A stretch of 64,000 nt of DNA from the NCBI GenBank assembly GCA_013239625.1, contig MU053304.1:620001-684000 (forward strand). The letters are read 5' to 3'. The translations under genes and the position numbers were made by a program. This document shows positions 63,576-64,000 of this stretch, in pieces. Below the pieces are notes generated by a model. The model was given only the letters and a program-made list of their open reading frames with translations, was not told the origin of the DNA and searched no databases. Every line of letters begins with the position of its first letter. Within the stretch, counting starts at the first letter, position 1. The stretch comes from Lama guanicoe (Eukaryota).

Positions 63576-64000
63576 ATATTTAGATTTATTTATTAATGCT
63601 ACTGCTTTCAAATTCATTAAATTCCACTTTCATCTTTATAATGCCTTTATTATTTCCTTTTTCTGGCATTAAGCTGGTCTGTTTTAAATTTCTCTCCCTG
63701 AAACTTTGAGTTGAAATATTAGTTCAATTATTTGTATTATTTTTTTCATAGATAATGAATGCATTTAAAGTGGTTAAATATTACAATGTTCAACTGCATT
63801 AGGGCCAAGGCCCAACATGTGACACCTTTGAAATCATAATGACATAAACTGGTGTTACCTTCATAGATATAATTATCCAGAATTTCTGATTTCAAAGCAA
63901 TCTACCATTACAGCTTTCATTTTCTCTTTGATGCACAGTTATTTAAAGAAAGAGGCTAGGATTATTGTCATTGTTCTTGTTGTTTACTTCTGTGCGTAAT

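Overview
This is a mammalian genomic window, most likely from a camelid (alpaca/llama/camel), judged from the tRNA-derived Vic-1-type SINEs. It contains one protein-coding gene: nucleolin (NCL) on the + strand, with 14 exons, CDS 23044-31443, 2157 nt spliced = 718 aa, all introns GT-AG and reading frame intact. NCL has a CpG-island promoter and hosts three intronic snoRNAs (SNORD82, SNORD20, SNORA75). The rest is mostly transposon-derived. The most notable structures are: (1) a near-complete hAT/Charlie4-like transposon with a readable transposase fossil, stretched over about 12 kb by up to three further layers of nested insertions; (2) a TSD-flanked ORF2-less 'half-L1' whose deletion junction looks like a splice junction; (3) a poly(A)-less tail-to-tail L1 insertion carrying a whole ORF1; (4) two identical CTCF-like 16-mers flanking NCL in divergent orientation; (5) substitutions in nucleolin CDK1 motifs and RRMs relative to human. 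I found no convincing new multi-gene system. Repeat family names and human comparisons come from recalled consensus sequences, not from database searches.
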